IMG/VR virus record: IMGVR_UViG_3300024232_000046
Span: 1-34,394 of that record
Length of the DNA: 34,394 bases
Origin: a virus
Taxonomy: Duplodnaviria; Caudoviricetes
Reading direction: 5' to 3' (one strand)
The position numbers were made by a program, and so were the translations under genes. Positions 1 to 9,035 of this stretch are shown in pieces (the first letter of the stretch is position 1; each line of letters opens with the position of its first letter). Under the pieces are notes generated by a model that saw nothing but the letters and a program-made list of their open reading frames with translations, was not told where the DNA came from and ran no database searches.

Positions 1-126
1 CGCGAGATAGTTGCTGACGATCACCGGGATCCCTTGCAAGGTGCCGCCATTGATCCCGATCGTCGGGAACTCGACCGCGCCGACCGACGTCCGCATGAGC
101 GAGGCCGCCAGCGCGACGCCCGGCGG
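1..126. repeat. Terminal direct repeat, copy 1 (circular assembly overlap)
   Basis: 1-126 is identical to 34262-34387, and the capsid ORF reads through the join in frame. Confidence 0.95.
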
Positions 127-1674
127 CATCAGGAGCACGACGCCGCGCGGATCGATGTTGTCCGTGGTCCCAAGGCCGATCGCGCCGACCGCGGAGAAGA
201 GGCTCAGGATATCCGTCCGGACGTCGTCCGCCGTATTCCCCGCCGAGCTCCCCAGGCTCACGCCGTAGGTCAGCGACGCCGGATTGACGTTGGACACGGC
301 CGCGAGCGTCGGATCGACCAGACTCATATCGATCTTTTTCACGACGGCGCGCGTCAGCGCGTCTCGCATGGCGGTTTCTGTGCTCAGCCCCGGAATATTC
401 CCGAATCGGAGGATCTCCTCACTGTCGATCACGATCGCGGCGATCTTCGTGTGGCCCAGGGTTTGCGCGGTATATCCGCCCTTCGTGACCGGCTTGGGTT
501 TCGCCTCGCCGACCCAGTTGGCCGTCATCGCCTGCGATTCCACCAACTGCCGCATATTGAACGGCACGCGATTGAGCGCCGGGATCCCGTTCGCCCCGAA
601 TTGCCCGATGATCGTCCGTGGTTGCAGGTACGTCACAAAGTCCGCGATCGTCTGGTTGTAGATGAGGTTTCCGGCCCACGTCGCATCGGTGCTCACCGCC
701 GGCGCGACCGCCGCTTTCACCGCCATGTGTAGCGAATCGGCGGACGGGTACCACTTGCGCGCGACCTCGAGCGCGTTGAGCGCGTTCCCGCGCATGTGCG
801 CGTACTGCGCCGCGCACTTGCACATCATCACGCGGACAAACCCGATGCCAGGCGGCAGTTTGGGTTCCTCGATACTGACTGATCGCTGGACGTTCGGATC
901 GGGCGCCGGCGACCGACGCGGCGCGACCGTGATCGCCTGTTCCACCGCAAGGCTTTCGAGCACGCGATAACTTTTGATCTGCGCGCCGATCCGCTCGAGC
1001 TCCGATGTCAGACTGTCTCGATCCGTGGTTTCGTCGTCCGTCAGGGTATCTTTGGCGAGGAGCGCCTCGAGCGCGTCCTGTTTCGTAGTCCGCTCGAGAC
1101 CGAGCGCCGAGATCCGTTCGCTGTGAGTCATGATCTGATCCTTCTGCAATGACCCCGCGACCGCGGGAGGACTGCCGGGACGTCGGCCGGACTCGGCGCG
1201 GTGACGTTGATCGGCGGATTTGATGGCGGTGATTGTCGTTTGACTGTTCGCCGGGACCGTGACCGTCGACGTCTCGAACCAATCCCACTCCGACACGCGG
1301 AGGCCGTAACTGCCTTTGATTGGCGTCGCCTTGATCGGGCGCCAGCCGATCGACAGGCCCGGCACGAGACCGGCCTTGATGAGCGGCCACACCGTCTCGT
1401 CAATGAACGCAATCCCCTTCGAGATTTGCGCGCGGATCTTGATCCCCGCGGCCGTCACGGTCGCCGACAGGACTTTCCCGATCGGTTTGTTGGGATCGTG
1501 TTGCCAGAGGAGCGGCATCGGGAGCGAAAATTGCGCGCCCTCGGGTTCCATAATGTCGCCGCCGCGGTCCGGCGCCGGTGTCGACGCGAGGCCTTCAATG
1601 ATCCGGAGCTCGGGATCGATCGCTTTAAACGCGACCGTCGCGATCGCAAACGAATCCCGGAACGGCACCGGCAT
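1..1674 (-). CDS. HK97-type prohead protease / major capsid protein fusion, 5' part (650 aa in total, continues at 34261..33983)
   Basis: Manual translation from ATG 1674: MPVPFRDSFAIATVAFKAIDPELRIIEGLASTPAPDRGGDIMEPEGAQFSLPMPLLWQHD...GLSIGW...ETSTVTVPAN (protease motifs). Then a coiled-coil segment and capsid motifs (ANWVGEAKPKPVT, KIAAIV). In frame with ORF 33983..34357. The ORF track missed it because it runs off the window edge. Confidence 0.92.
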   Translation of the reverse strand, partial: MPVPFRDSFAIATVAFKAIDPELRIIEGLASTPAPDRGGDIMEPEGAQFSLPMPLLWQHDPNKPIGKVLSATVTAAGIKIRAQISKGIAFIDETVWPLIKAGLVPGLSIGWRPIKATPIKGSYGLRVSEWDWFETSTVTVPANSQTTITAIKSADQRHRAESGRRPGSPPAVAGSLQKDQIMTHSERISALGLERTTKQDALEALLAKDTLTDDETTDRDSLTSELERIGAQIKSYRVLESLAVEQAITVAPRRSPAPDPNVQRSVSIEEPKLPPGIGFVRVMMCKCAAQYAHMRGNALNALEVARKWYPSADSLHMAVKAAVAPAVSTDATWAGNLIYNQTIADFVTYLQPRTIIGQFGANGIPALNRVPFNMRQLVESQAMTANWVGEAKPKPVTKGGYTAQTLGHTKIAAIVIDSEEILRFGNIPGLSTETAMRDALTRAVVKKIDMSLVDPTLAAVSNVNPASLTYGVSLGSSAGNTADDVRTDILSLFSAVGAIGLGTTDNIDPRGVVLLMPPGVALAASLMRTSVGAVEFPTIGINGGTLQGIPVIVSNYLA

Positions 1675-1764
1675 CGTTGAGGAGGCCAAATTGATCGCTA
1701 TTGTGCGATATCGTCCGCTCGAGCCGATTTGTTCTATCTCAAAAACACGACGGATCTATCGGTT

Positions 1765-1773
1765 TGCCATAAT
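1765..1773 (+). promoter_or_regulatory. Possible extended -10 promoter (TGc-CATAAT) for the two plus-strand genes
   Basis: TGCCATAAT in an AT-richer divergent intergenic gap, about 70 bp upstream of ATG 1841. Confidence 0.35.
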
Positions 1774-1840
1774 CGATCGTTCCCACTTCGAGCCGTTCTG
1801 ACGCATCCGCAACACTTCCCGGCAGGAGGCCGGCCGCCTA

Positions 1841-2083
1841 ATGTCGAAAAACGTCTTATTTTTGCTCGGCATGTGCGCGTCGATCGCGGTCGCCATTGCG
1901 CCAAATGCGAAGGAATTTGATCACCCGTGGGATCATATTCTGAGCTTGGGAGGCCTCGCCGGAACGGCGATCACTGGGTATCTCTCACAGAAACCGCGCC
2001 GGGAATGGTCCGACGAACGGCGCCAGGAACACCGTGATCAACTGGACCTCGATCGCTTGGCCGATGAGGACCCCGAAGCATGA
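1841..2083 (+). CDS. Small membrane protein, holin-like candidate (80 aa)
   Basis: Two hydrophobic segments and a highly charged C-terminal tail. GGAGG upstream. ATGA overlap with the next gene. Confidence 0.55.
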   Translation: MSKNVLFLLGMCASIAVAIAPNAKEFDHPWDHILSLGGLAGTAITGYLSQKPRREWSDERRQEHRDQLDLDRLADEDPEA

Positions 2084-2562
2084 AAGTCCTACTCCTGATC
2101 CTCCTGATCGCCGCGCCCGCCGGCGCCGGCGAGCGCACCCCGTTTTTGTGGACCCCTCCGCATCGACACACCGCCAACGCGATTAGTTGGGGCACGGCGA
2201 TCGGATCGGTCGCCCTCGATACGGTCCGATCGTTCAAGTCAGAGCACCGAAAAACCGCCTTGCTCGAGCAAACCTGCGGACTCGGCGTCGCCGGCCTTGC
2301 GATGCGGACCACGAAACACTTTGTCAGCCGGACGCGGCCGGACGGATCCGATAATCGATCCTTTTACTCCGGGCATACGACGTACAGCGCCGTGAGCGCC
2401 CGCACCGGATACGGGTTTGGGTTTTCCGTGATCCTGTCGATTGATACCGCGTTTTTCCGTCAGGCCGCGGGCAAACACTTTGCCTCAGATACGATCGTCG
2501 GCGCCCTCGCCGGCGTCGGCTCGGAGGCCCTCTGCCGCGCGATCATCCCCGGCGACCGCTAA
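2080..2562 (+). CDS. PAP2-family phosphatase with N-terminal signal/TM segment (160 aa)
   Basis: All three PAP2 motifs are present: KHFVSRTRP (KX6RP), FYSGH (PSGH variant) and RQAAGKHFASD (RX5HX3D). Confidence 0.85.
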   Translation: MKVLLLILLIAAPAGAGERTPFLWTPPHRHTANAISWGTAIGSVALDTVRSFKSEHRKTALLEQTCGLGVAGLAMRTTKHFVSRTRPDGSDNRSFYSGHTTYSAVSARTGYGFGFSVILSIDTAFFRQAAGKHFASDTIVGALAGVGSEALCRAIIPGDR

Positions 2563-2695
2563 CGGCACCACGATCGCACTGTCCGGGGATTCGTACGGCA
2601 GGACGTACCCGGCGCCCCGTGGGTTTCCCTCCGCATCGGCCGGCAGCCAGAGCACGCCATTACCGCAATACAGAAGACTCATTCAGGATGCCCGT

Positions 2696-2902
2696 CTATT
2701 CCCGGCGATCGATCATGGCGGCGTACGACTTCAACAGGAGGCGCGCGGTACTCGAGACAGACCCGCGGCGCCGCGCGGCGAGCGACTCGATCCGCGCCTG
2801 TTCCCGCGCGGAGATCCAGACCGTGATCGGTAGCAGCGGATCGCGGGACTTCGGCCGGCCGCGCCGCCGCGGCGTGAGGACCTCGAGCGTCGGATCTCCC
2901 AT
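2696..2902 (-). CDS. Small DNA-binding protein, RGRP motif plus ribbon-helix-helix-like region (68 aa)
   Basis: RRGRPK followed by a strand-helix-helix pattern (ITVWIS-AREQARIESLAARR-SVSSTARLLL). Abuts the upstream ORF. Confidence 0.55.
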   Translation of the reverse strand: MGDPTLEVLTPRRRGRPKSRDPLLPITVWISAREQARIESLAARRRGSVSSTARLLLKSYAAMIDRRE

Positions 2903-3127
2903 TCACGTCCCCTTTCGACCTGTTCCGCGACAGGCCGCGCAGCCGTCCGGATCCGCGGCGCCCTGCTGACCGCCGGCCCAGGCCCAGGCCTCCTCGAGCG
3001 CCGTCAAGAGATCGGCGACGCGGACCCGCGCCGCGGCGAGCTCCGCGCGTTGCCGATCGACGGTACAGATCCAGCAGATCGCGTCAATCACCCCATGCGG
3101 ACACGCGGCGTTCGTCAGGATCGCCAT
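2903..3127 (-). CDS. Hypothetical Cys-rich protein (74 aa)
   Basis: ORF directly after terL, with CPH, CWIC and CAAC motifs. Confidence 0.55.
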   Translation of the reverse strand: MAILTNAACPHGVIDAICWICTVDRQRAELAAARVRVADLLTALEEAWAWAGGQQGAADPDGCAACRGTGRKGT

Positions 3128-3141
3128 TTTTTGCTCGCCAT

Positions 3142-4887
3142 TTATCGGCCCCCGTAGACGTCGATGAACGGATCGCGCGACTGCGTCCGTTCCCGACGGA
3201 TGATCCCGCCATCGATCCCCATCACGAGCGCGGCGATCCCGTCGATCTTCTCCGGCGATCGTTCCTTTGCGAGCCGGAGCTCCCCCTTCGTCCCCTCGAT
3301 CGTCACGGTGTTACTTGCCATCCAGGACAGGATCGGATCGCCGCCGTGACACAGATTCGCCGTATGGATCAACGTGCCGAGGCGCCGGATCGCTTCATTC
3401 ATAGCAAACCCCTGTCGCATCCCGATCATCAAGATCCCCTCGCCCGTGAGGATTTGCGCGGTTTCGGTCGCGTACGCCGTATCGTAAAAGATGGACTCGA
3501 GGCCCTCCGCCGCGACGTCGGCCCGGATGTCGACGCGCACCCGTTCATAGTCGGTCGCCGCGCCCTCCGTCACCGTCAGGAGGCCGGACCGCCGCCAGGC
3601 ATCATACGGTCGCGCCGGGAACCGCTTGAGCGCGTCCGCCGGCGTGTAATAGCGAAAGCGGACCGCGACCCGTCCATCGGCGAGGACCCACAGGCGGCCC
3701 CAGGCCGTCAGATCGTTATTCAGCCCGAAGTCCAGACAACCAAACGCCGGCGCCCCGAGGAGCTCTGAGGCCGGCGGGAATGGGCGACAGGCCGCCCATG
3801 CACCCATATCGATCGCCCGCGCGGATCCTTGCGTCCAGACACAGAAATTGAACCGCAGGACGTCGGAGATCGCCGTCGGCATTCCGATCGCTTTTTGCAC
3901 CCGTTGCCGGACGTACTCCCACGGGAGGCTGACCCCAAGATTTGGATTCGCTTTCAGCCAATGCGGCCCTTCGGTTTGCCAGTCATCGCAGGCCGGACAC
4001 TCGTCAGAAGGAAACCATCGGCCCTTCGCCGCGCAAGCCGTACAGGGATCGAGGCCGCAGATAAACGCGAACCACGACTCATTCTCGATCGTGCCGTCGA
4101 GGACCTTGCGCGAGTAATCGTGTTGGTACCAGCAGACGGATGTCCGATCGAATCCGGAATTCGTCGTTTTCACGATCAAGGCATTCCGGTTGCCCTTCGT
4201 GCCGGCCGTGACTTTGTTGACGACGTCGGCCGTCGGATGTTCGTGAACTTCGTCAATCAACGCCCCGTGCACGCGCTTCCCGTCGAGGCCGCGTTTTTCA
4301 CTCGAGATCGGTTTGAGGATCCCACCTTCGCCCGGCACGATCAATTCATGTGCACGGTACCCGTCGGCCCCGAAGAATTCCCGGAGCTCCGGCGAGGCGT
4401 CGACCATTTTGCGGACGTCGGCCCAGGCCAGATTTGCCTGTTCCCGCGTCACGGCCGCGAGGTAATTCTGCGATCCGGGTTGCCCGTCGGCGACGAGCAT
4501 ATAGATCATCATCCCGGCGCCGAGCGGCGTTTTCCCGGACCCCTTCGCCGTTTCGATGTAGGCCTCGCGAAAGCGCCTGAATCCGGCCGCGGTATACCAA
4601 CCGAACAGGGATCCGACGATGAACGCTTGCCACGGCGCGAGGACGAACGGCCGCGGATTGCTCGAGGAGGCCGCCGCGGCGTCGCCGGCATCGGTGTTTT
4701 CTGGCAGGTACAGGATCTCCGCGAAGAATGCGATCGCCCGTTCCGCCCTATCAACGTCCCATACTAGACCCCGAACAGAGGCCGTCCGGACGTCCTCGAG
4801 ATGTCGGCCACAGGCCGCCCGGACCAGGCCGCCAGCCACAATCGACCCCGCTATGACCCGACGCGCGTAGTCGGTCGCCTGATCCAT
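3142..4887 (-). CDS. terL: Terminase large subunit (581 aa)
   Basis: LAPWQAF, Walker A AKGSGKT, Walker B ALIDEVHE, WLKANPNLG and C-terminal KIDGIAALVM. Confidence 0.97.
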   Translation of the reverse strand: MDQATDYARRVIAGSIVAGGLVRAACGRHLEDVRTASVRGLVWDVDRAERAIAFFAEILYLPENTDAGDAAAASSSNPRPFVLAPWQAFIVGSLFGWYTAAGFRRFREAYIETAKGSGKTPLGAGMMIYMLVADGQPGSQNYLAAVTREQANLAWADVRKMVDASPELREFFGADGYRAHELIVPGEGGILKPISSEKRGLDGKRVHGALIDEVHEHPTADVVNKVTAGTKGNRNALIVKTTNSGFDRTSVCWYQHDYSRKVLDGTIENESWFAFICGLDPCTACAAKGRWFPSDECPACDDWQTEGPHWLKANPNLGVSLPWEYVRQRVQKAIGMPTAISDVLRFNFCVWTQGSARAIDMGAWAACRPFPPASELLGAPAFGCLDFGLNNDLTAWGRLWVLADGRVAVRFRYYTPADALKRFPARPYDAWRRSGLLTVTEGAATDYERVRVDIRADVAAEGLESIFYDTAYATETAQILTGEGILMIGMRQGFAMNEAIRRLGTLIHTANLCHGGDPILSWMASNTVTIEGTKGELRLAKERSPEKIDGIAALVMGIDGGIIRRERTQSRDPFIDVYGGR

Positions 4888-4894
4888 CGGCGCG

Positions 4895-5029
4895 TCAGAC
4901 GAACTCAGCGACCGCCAACAGGATCACCGCCAGCGTCAGCAGCGGGAGCGGAGGGACGTACACCGGGATCAGACTTAGGATCGCCAGGAACAGCGCGAGG
5001 AGGACACAGGCCTTGCGTTCTCGAGTCAT
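4895..5029 (-). CDS. 44-aa membrane microprotein between terS and terL
   Basis: Manual translation: MTRERKACVLLALFLAILSLIPVYVPPLPLLTLAVILLAVAEFV*. ATGA overlap with the terS stop and fills the gap. Below the ORF-track size cutoff. Confidence 0.65.
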   Translation of the reverse strand: MTRERKACVLLALFLAILSLIPVYVPPLPLLTLAVILLAVAEFV

Positions 5030-5451
5030 CTGAACCTACCTAACTTAGAGGCCGGCAGAGTTTCGACGGCGCCGGCGCGTTGCGGCATCGGGCGCCCATT
5101 CGGGCTCAGCAGAAAACGGAGCTCGAATGCGTCAAGCTGTTTCAGGAGGCCGCGATGATTGGACCCGCCGCGGCCCGAGCTCTTTCCTTCGTGCCGCTCG
5201 AGTACCACGATCTGACAGTAGCGCGCAAACGCCGCGACGGACGCGGCATCGAGGGTCCCAAACGCGATCGCGTGCGGCGCCCGTTCGTCCCAAATCGCCC
5301 GTTCCTCCGGATCGAGCGTCGCCGGGATCGTGATCTCCGCCGGCGGCGCGAGGAGCGCGGAGGCCGGCGGGATCGACGGATGGAGCAGGACGATTCCGGT
5401 TTTGCTCCGAGGCTTCCTGCCGGCCCCAGGACGCCGACCGCCGCGCGCCAT
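5026..5451 (-). CDS. terS: Terminase small subunit (141 aa)
   Basis: Starts MARGGRRPGAGRKP, contains ERAIWD...FARYCQ...FLLSP. Lies between HNH and terL. G-rich SD before ATG 5451. Confidence 0.85.
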   Translation of the reverse strand: MARGGRRPGAGRKPRSKTGIVLLHPSIPPASALLAPPAEITIPATLDPEERAIWDERAPHAIAFGTLDAASVAAFARYCQIVVLERHEGKSSGRGGSNHRGLLKQLDAFELRFLLSPNGRPMPQRAGAVETLPASKLGRFR

Positions 5452-5460
5452 AGTTCCCCC

Positions 5461-5680
5461 CGAAATCAAACGCCCGAATCAAACAGAATCAAAAACGGCC
5501 GTTCCCGATGCCGTTTCGAGCTTAGGCCGCCGATCCGGTCCAGATCCCGGAATGGACCCGGGATCCCTATTCGCCTTTCAGACGTGCGTGCTGCGCGAGG
5601 CCTGTCCGGCCGGAGGCCGGACAGACATTTTACGTCCCCCCGGTCCGCAGCCTGTGGCGATCACTGACTTTTGGGATGTC
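5461..5680. promoter_or_regulatory. Putative cos packaging region
   Basis: Non-coding gap between HNH and terS. Three AATCAAA repeats (5464, 5477, 5487) and a perfect 10-bp inverted repeat at 5602-5611/5615-5624. The position is the usual one for cos in HK97-like phages. Confidence 0.55.
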
Positions 5681-6037
5681 TCACAATTCCCCTTTCGCCC
5701 ACGATTCGCGGGCCGTTTTCCGGCCGTGGTGTGTCTCGCAGAGTGTCTGTAGATTCTGCGGATCGGCCATCAGGAGCGGATCGCCGCGGTGCGGGATAAT
5801 GTGATCGACGTCTGTCCCGAGCATTCGCCGCCCCTCGAGGAGGCAATCGACACAATACGGATTGTCGCGCAAATGCGCCTCACGGAGGCGCCGCCACGGC
5901 CGGCCGTAGGCACCGACCGTAAACCGATTTGCCGTCACCCGTTCCCGCCGACGATGCGCTGGACAGCGGCCCCATGCCACCAGTGACGGACAGCCCGGCT
6001 CGAGGCAATGCCGGAGCGGCGCCGCGGGAGCGCTCAT
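5681..6037 (-). CDS. Terminase-associated HNH endonuclease (118 aa)
   Basis: CLEPGC...CPAH N-terminus, then CVDC, DVDHIIPHRGD, NLQTLCETHHGRKT. ATGA-coupled start at 6037. Confidence 0.93.
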   Translation of the reverse strand: MSAPAAPLRHCLEPGCPSLVAWGRCPAHRRRERVTANRFTVGAYGRPWRRLREAHLRDNPYCVDCLLEGRRMLGTDVDHIIPHRGDPLLMADPQNLQTLCETHHGRKTARESWAKGEL

Positions 6038-6639
6038 TTGATGGCTCGGCGCGTCGGCGAACCGCCGCGGACGATCCACACGTTGAACGCACCATACGGC
6101 GGCCCGACGAGATAGCCGGCCGTCGGATCGGTGATGTCAACGCCGACGAAAGGGATCGAAACCGCCACCCCATAATTCTGTTTCGTAAGATCCTCTTTCG
6201 GCGTCCCATCCGGATTGGTTTGGACCGTGCCGTCAGGATTCAAGAGATAGGGGTGATTCCACGCCTCGATCACGTAGGTATGTGGTCCCCTCGAGACGCC
6301 AGTCGGCGTCCGATATTCGTAGACCTTATCGCCGGCGCGCGGCGTCCCATTCGGGCAGACCCGCGGCGAGCTCGGCATCCCGATATCCGTGCGCGGTCCG
6401 CCGTCCAGCGTCAGCCCGAATCCGCTGTAGCGGTGAGGGACCATCGTCTGATCCGTGTCGGACTTCGGCACTGATTGCGCCATCGTCCACGTCATTCCGA
6501 ACGGCGCGCCGCTCGGGACCTCCTGGGGACTCGCCGGCGGCCCGAGGCATGGATCGCCCACGGTTTGCGACACGGCCGGCCGCGCGATCCCGATTAGACA
6601 TAGCGCGACGGCCCCCATCCGATAGCAGCGGTTCAGCAT
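6034..6639 (-). CDS. Secreted protein of unknown function (201 aa)
   Basis: SD GAGGGAG before ATG 6639. Signal-peptide-like MLNRCYRMGAVALCLIGIARPAVSQ followed by a beta/Pro-rich mature region. Confidence 0.7.
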   Translation of the reverse strand: MLNRCYRMGAVALCLIGIARPAVSQTVGDPCLGPPASPQEVPSGAPFGMTWTMAQSVPKSDTDQTMVPHRYSGFGLTLDGGPRTDIGMPSSPRVCPNGTPRAGDKVYEYRTPTGVSRGPHTYVIEAWNHPYLLNPDGTVQTNPDGTPKEDLTKQNYGVAVSIPFVGVDITDPTAGYLVGPPYGAFNVWIVRGGSPTRRAIK

Positions 6640-6656
6640 GACTCGATCTCCCTCTT

Positions 6657-9035
6657 CTATCCGGTGATGATGATCGGTCCGCTCACCGGACGGATCCGGA
6701 CCGTATACGGCCCTTTTTGATAGGTTCTCAGCGTCGCGCCGTGTTCGTCTATCCGGACATACGCCGACGGTCCGAGCATGTCCGCCGGGAACGCCTGCAG
6801 ACCCTGAAAAAAATTCGTGCAACAGGCTTGTTCGTCACCGGAGGGTAGCTGGCCCGTTTTTCCGCCTTCGTAGTGGAAGATGGCGCCGGCGCCGAGCAGC
6901 CCACAGGCCGCGCCATAGGCGAGATAATCCTCCGCGCGGTGAATCGTGGTCCCCGTACTCGGATCGGTTTGCCCGTCCGGCGCCTCTGTGGGTTTGATCG
7001 GTTCCCCGGCAATCCAGGGGACCGGACACGCCGGCTCTGCGGGATAGGACGGTCCGCCGCCGACCTGATACTCGTGCAGATCATGCACCTTGCGCGGCCA
7101 CTCGAGATCGCGCGGCGTGTGCGCGTCACCAAATGAACCAAACCACTGCGCCGAATCGGCGTATTCGCCGGATGTAAACAGCAGGCCGGAGGCCTCACAC
7201 GCGGACTTGAGCGCCCGCGTGTCGATGTGCTTGTTGATCTGCGGTTCGTTCCCGATCTCGATCAGGACCGACTCGAGGCCGGCCGCGCCGAGCTCCCGGA
7301 CGAGTGTCTGTGCCCACGCGATCCGCGCCGGATCGTCATCCGTTAGCAGCGTCAGATACGTAGTGAGGCCCCAAGATCTGAGCGTTTCGATCCCGGCGAT
7401 CGTCTGATCCACACTCGGCGAATTCCAACCGCCGGCGATTGGATGCCCGATCGGCAGGTAATCCCAACAGCGGACCAGATTCGCGAACTTCGATCGAAAC
7501 GTCCAGAACAGCGGATCCAGGTTGCGCCCGTCCGCGAGACTCCGCAGGACGTTAAACCCGGAAAACCCCATCACCCGTACGGCCGCATTCGTAACGTCCC
7601 GAAACAGCCAGCGATCGACATGCCAGCGGGACACCGGGCCGCCGGGATCCGTCACCGCGATCGGCGTGAACGACTCCCAGGCGTCGGCGATCGGTTGATT
7701 GGCGAGGATCCGGCCGTCATCGTGCGCCGACATAAACCGGCGCATCCAGGCCGCTTCAAAGCGCCACACATTGACGCCGTTCTGAACGGCCTTTGTTTGA
7801 ATGAATTCTTCCCACTCGCCGATGGACCCGCGATCGCATTTCAGCCGGCCGTCGGGTTCTGCCGCGACAAACGCGCCGGCGGCCCGGAGGCCGACGCGGC
7901 CCGGCGTCGAGCTCGGGATGATCTCAAACGCCGCGCCCGGCCGCCCTTCGTGCAGAAACCGATCGGCGCCGATCATGACCTCACCGCCGTGGACGGTTGC
8001 CAGCCGGTAATACGTCGAGGCCGGGATCGGCGGGATCGGATCGATCGCCGCGGTCGCCGTGACCTGACGGATCCGCCCGGTTTCATGCGTCCCGGCCGCA
8101 TTCCCGCCGCGCGCCTTCACAAACGCGATTTGTGCGGACGCGAAATGGTATGTGTGATCCGGATCGGTCCCAGGATTGTGCGCCGCGACCGTCCACGGCC
8201 CGGCCGTCGACGGCCCGATCAACCACTCGATCCACTCGAGCGGACCCCCTCCGGATTCGTTGGCATAGACGCAAGTCACGTCGAACGGAACCACACCCGT
8301 GACCGGGAATGTCGGCGAGGCGATCGTAAACTGCGGAGGCGCGATCGCCGGCGGATCGATCGCGGGCTGAAATTCCGGGAGCGTCGCGATCTCCTCGAGC
8401 GCGAGGAGGAATGTCCGCACCAACTGCAGCGGATAATGCGTCACCAGGACCGCGAGGCCGCGGCCCTCCGTCCAGGCCGCGCGGATGAAATCCACTTCGC
8501 CGTCATCGAGCACGTACCGACGGTTTTGGAAAACCACGTGCACGCCGGACTCATGATCCTGTCCGATGAGCACCAGGCCTGCCGGCGTCTCTATGGGCGT
8601 GTACTTGTGCAACAGGCGACCGTCCGGCACCGTCGCGATCGCGAGCGTTGCCTCGCCGAGCACCGGCCGACCGGCCGCATCCAGGCAGCGATAGCCGTTG
8701 ACGGTTTGATCGGCCGCCGGTCGGATGATGTGCACGAGGTTCCCGGCATCGTAGATCACCGGCGAGGCCCCATGCGCCGGCCCCGTCGGCGACCAGGCCC
8801 CGCCGGCCCATTCAAACGATCCGCCGTTTTGCGCTTGTCCGGCGATCCGGACGTCCCCGGCCGGCGTCAGCCGAGGCCATCGGAGCACGTCGGGCGCGTC
8901 CGTGATCGCGACCCTCGCCCCCGTGCGCGCGTCGATCCGCTCGAGCCCCCGCGATCCATACAGGTTCACGATCCCTGTCTGATCGCCACTGCGGAGATCG
9001 CCCTCTGCCGCTCCCGGGTATTCGTGTCGAATCAT
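6657..9035 (-). CDS. Modular glycoside-hydrolase-like protein: beta-rich N-terminus, PKD/Ig-like, fascin/beta-trefoil-like, GH5-like (clan GH-A) TIM barrel (792 aa)
   Basis: Repeats FVAAEPDGRL..DR..IGEWEEF and FMSAHDDGRILAN...DAWESF. Catalytic-type motifs EIGNEP and WIAGEP. Confidence 0.65.
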   Translation of the reverse strand: MIRHEYPGAAEGDLRSGDQTGIVNLYGSRGLERIDARTGARVAITDAPDVLRWPRLTPAGDVRIAGQAQNGGSFEWAGGAWSPTGPAHGASPVIYDAGNLVHIIRPAADQTVNGYRCLDAAGRPVLGEATLAIATVPDGRLLHKYTPIETPAGLVLIGQDHESGVHVVFQNRRYVLDDGEVDFIRAAWTEGRGLAVLVTHYPLQLVRTFLLALEEIATLPEFQPAIDPPAIAPPQFTIASPTFPVTGVVPFDVTCVYANESGGGPLEWIEWLIGPSTAGPWTVAAHNPGTDPDHTYHFASAQIAFVKARGGNAAGTHETGRIRQVTATAAIDPIPPIPASTYYRLATVHGGEVMIGADRFLHEGRPGAAFEIIPSSTPGRVGLRAAGAFVAAEPDGRLKCDRGSIGEWEEFIQTKAVQNGVNVWRFEAAWMRRFMSAHDDGRILANQPIADAWESFTPIAVTDPGGPVSRWHVDRWLFRDVTNAAVRVMGFSGFNVLRSLADGRNLDPLFWTFRSKFANLVRCWDYLPIGHPIAGGWNSPSVDQTIAGIETLRSWGLTTYLTLLTDDDPARIAWAQTLVRELGAAGLESVLIEIGNEPQINKHIDTRALKSACEASGLLFTSGEYADSAQWFGSFGDAHTPRDLEWPRKVHDLHEYQVGGGPSYPAEPACPVPWIAGEPIKPTEAPDGQTDPSTGTTIHRAEDYLAYGAACGLLGAGAIFHYEGGKTGQLPSGDEQACCTNFFQGLQAFPADMLGPSAYVRIDEHGATLRTYQKGPYTVRIRPVSGPIIITG

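Noticed and set aside
34-1801. Long ORFs 34-732(+), 419-1390(-), 1201-1680(+) and 1316-1801(+)
   Set aside because: These are shadow frames of the protease-capsid gene, with Arg/Pro-rich composition typical of high-GC off-frame translation.
2485-2682. 65-aa minus-strand ORF
   Set aside because: It overlaps the PAP2 3' end by 78 bp on the opposite strand and has no motif. It is possible but unsupported.
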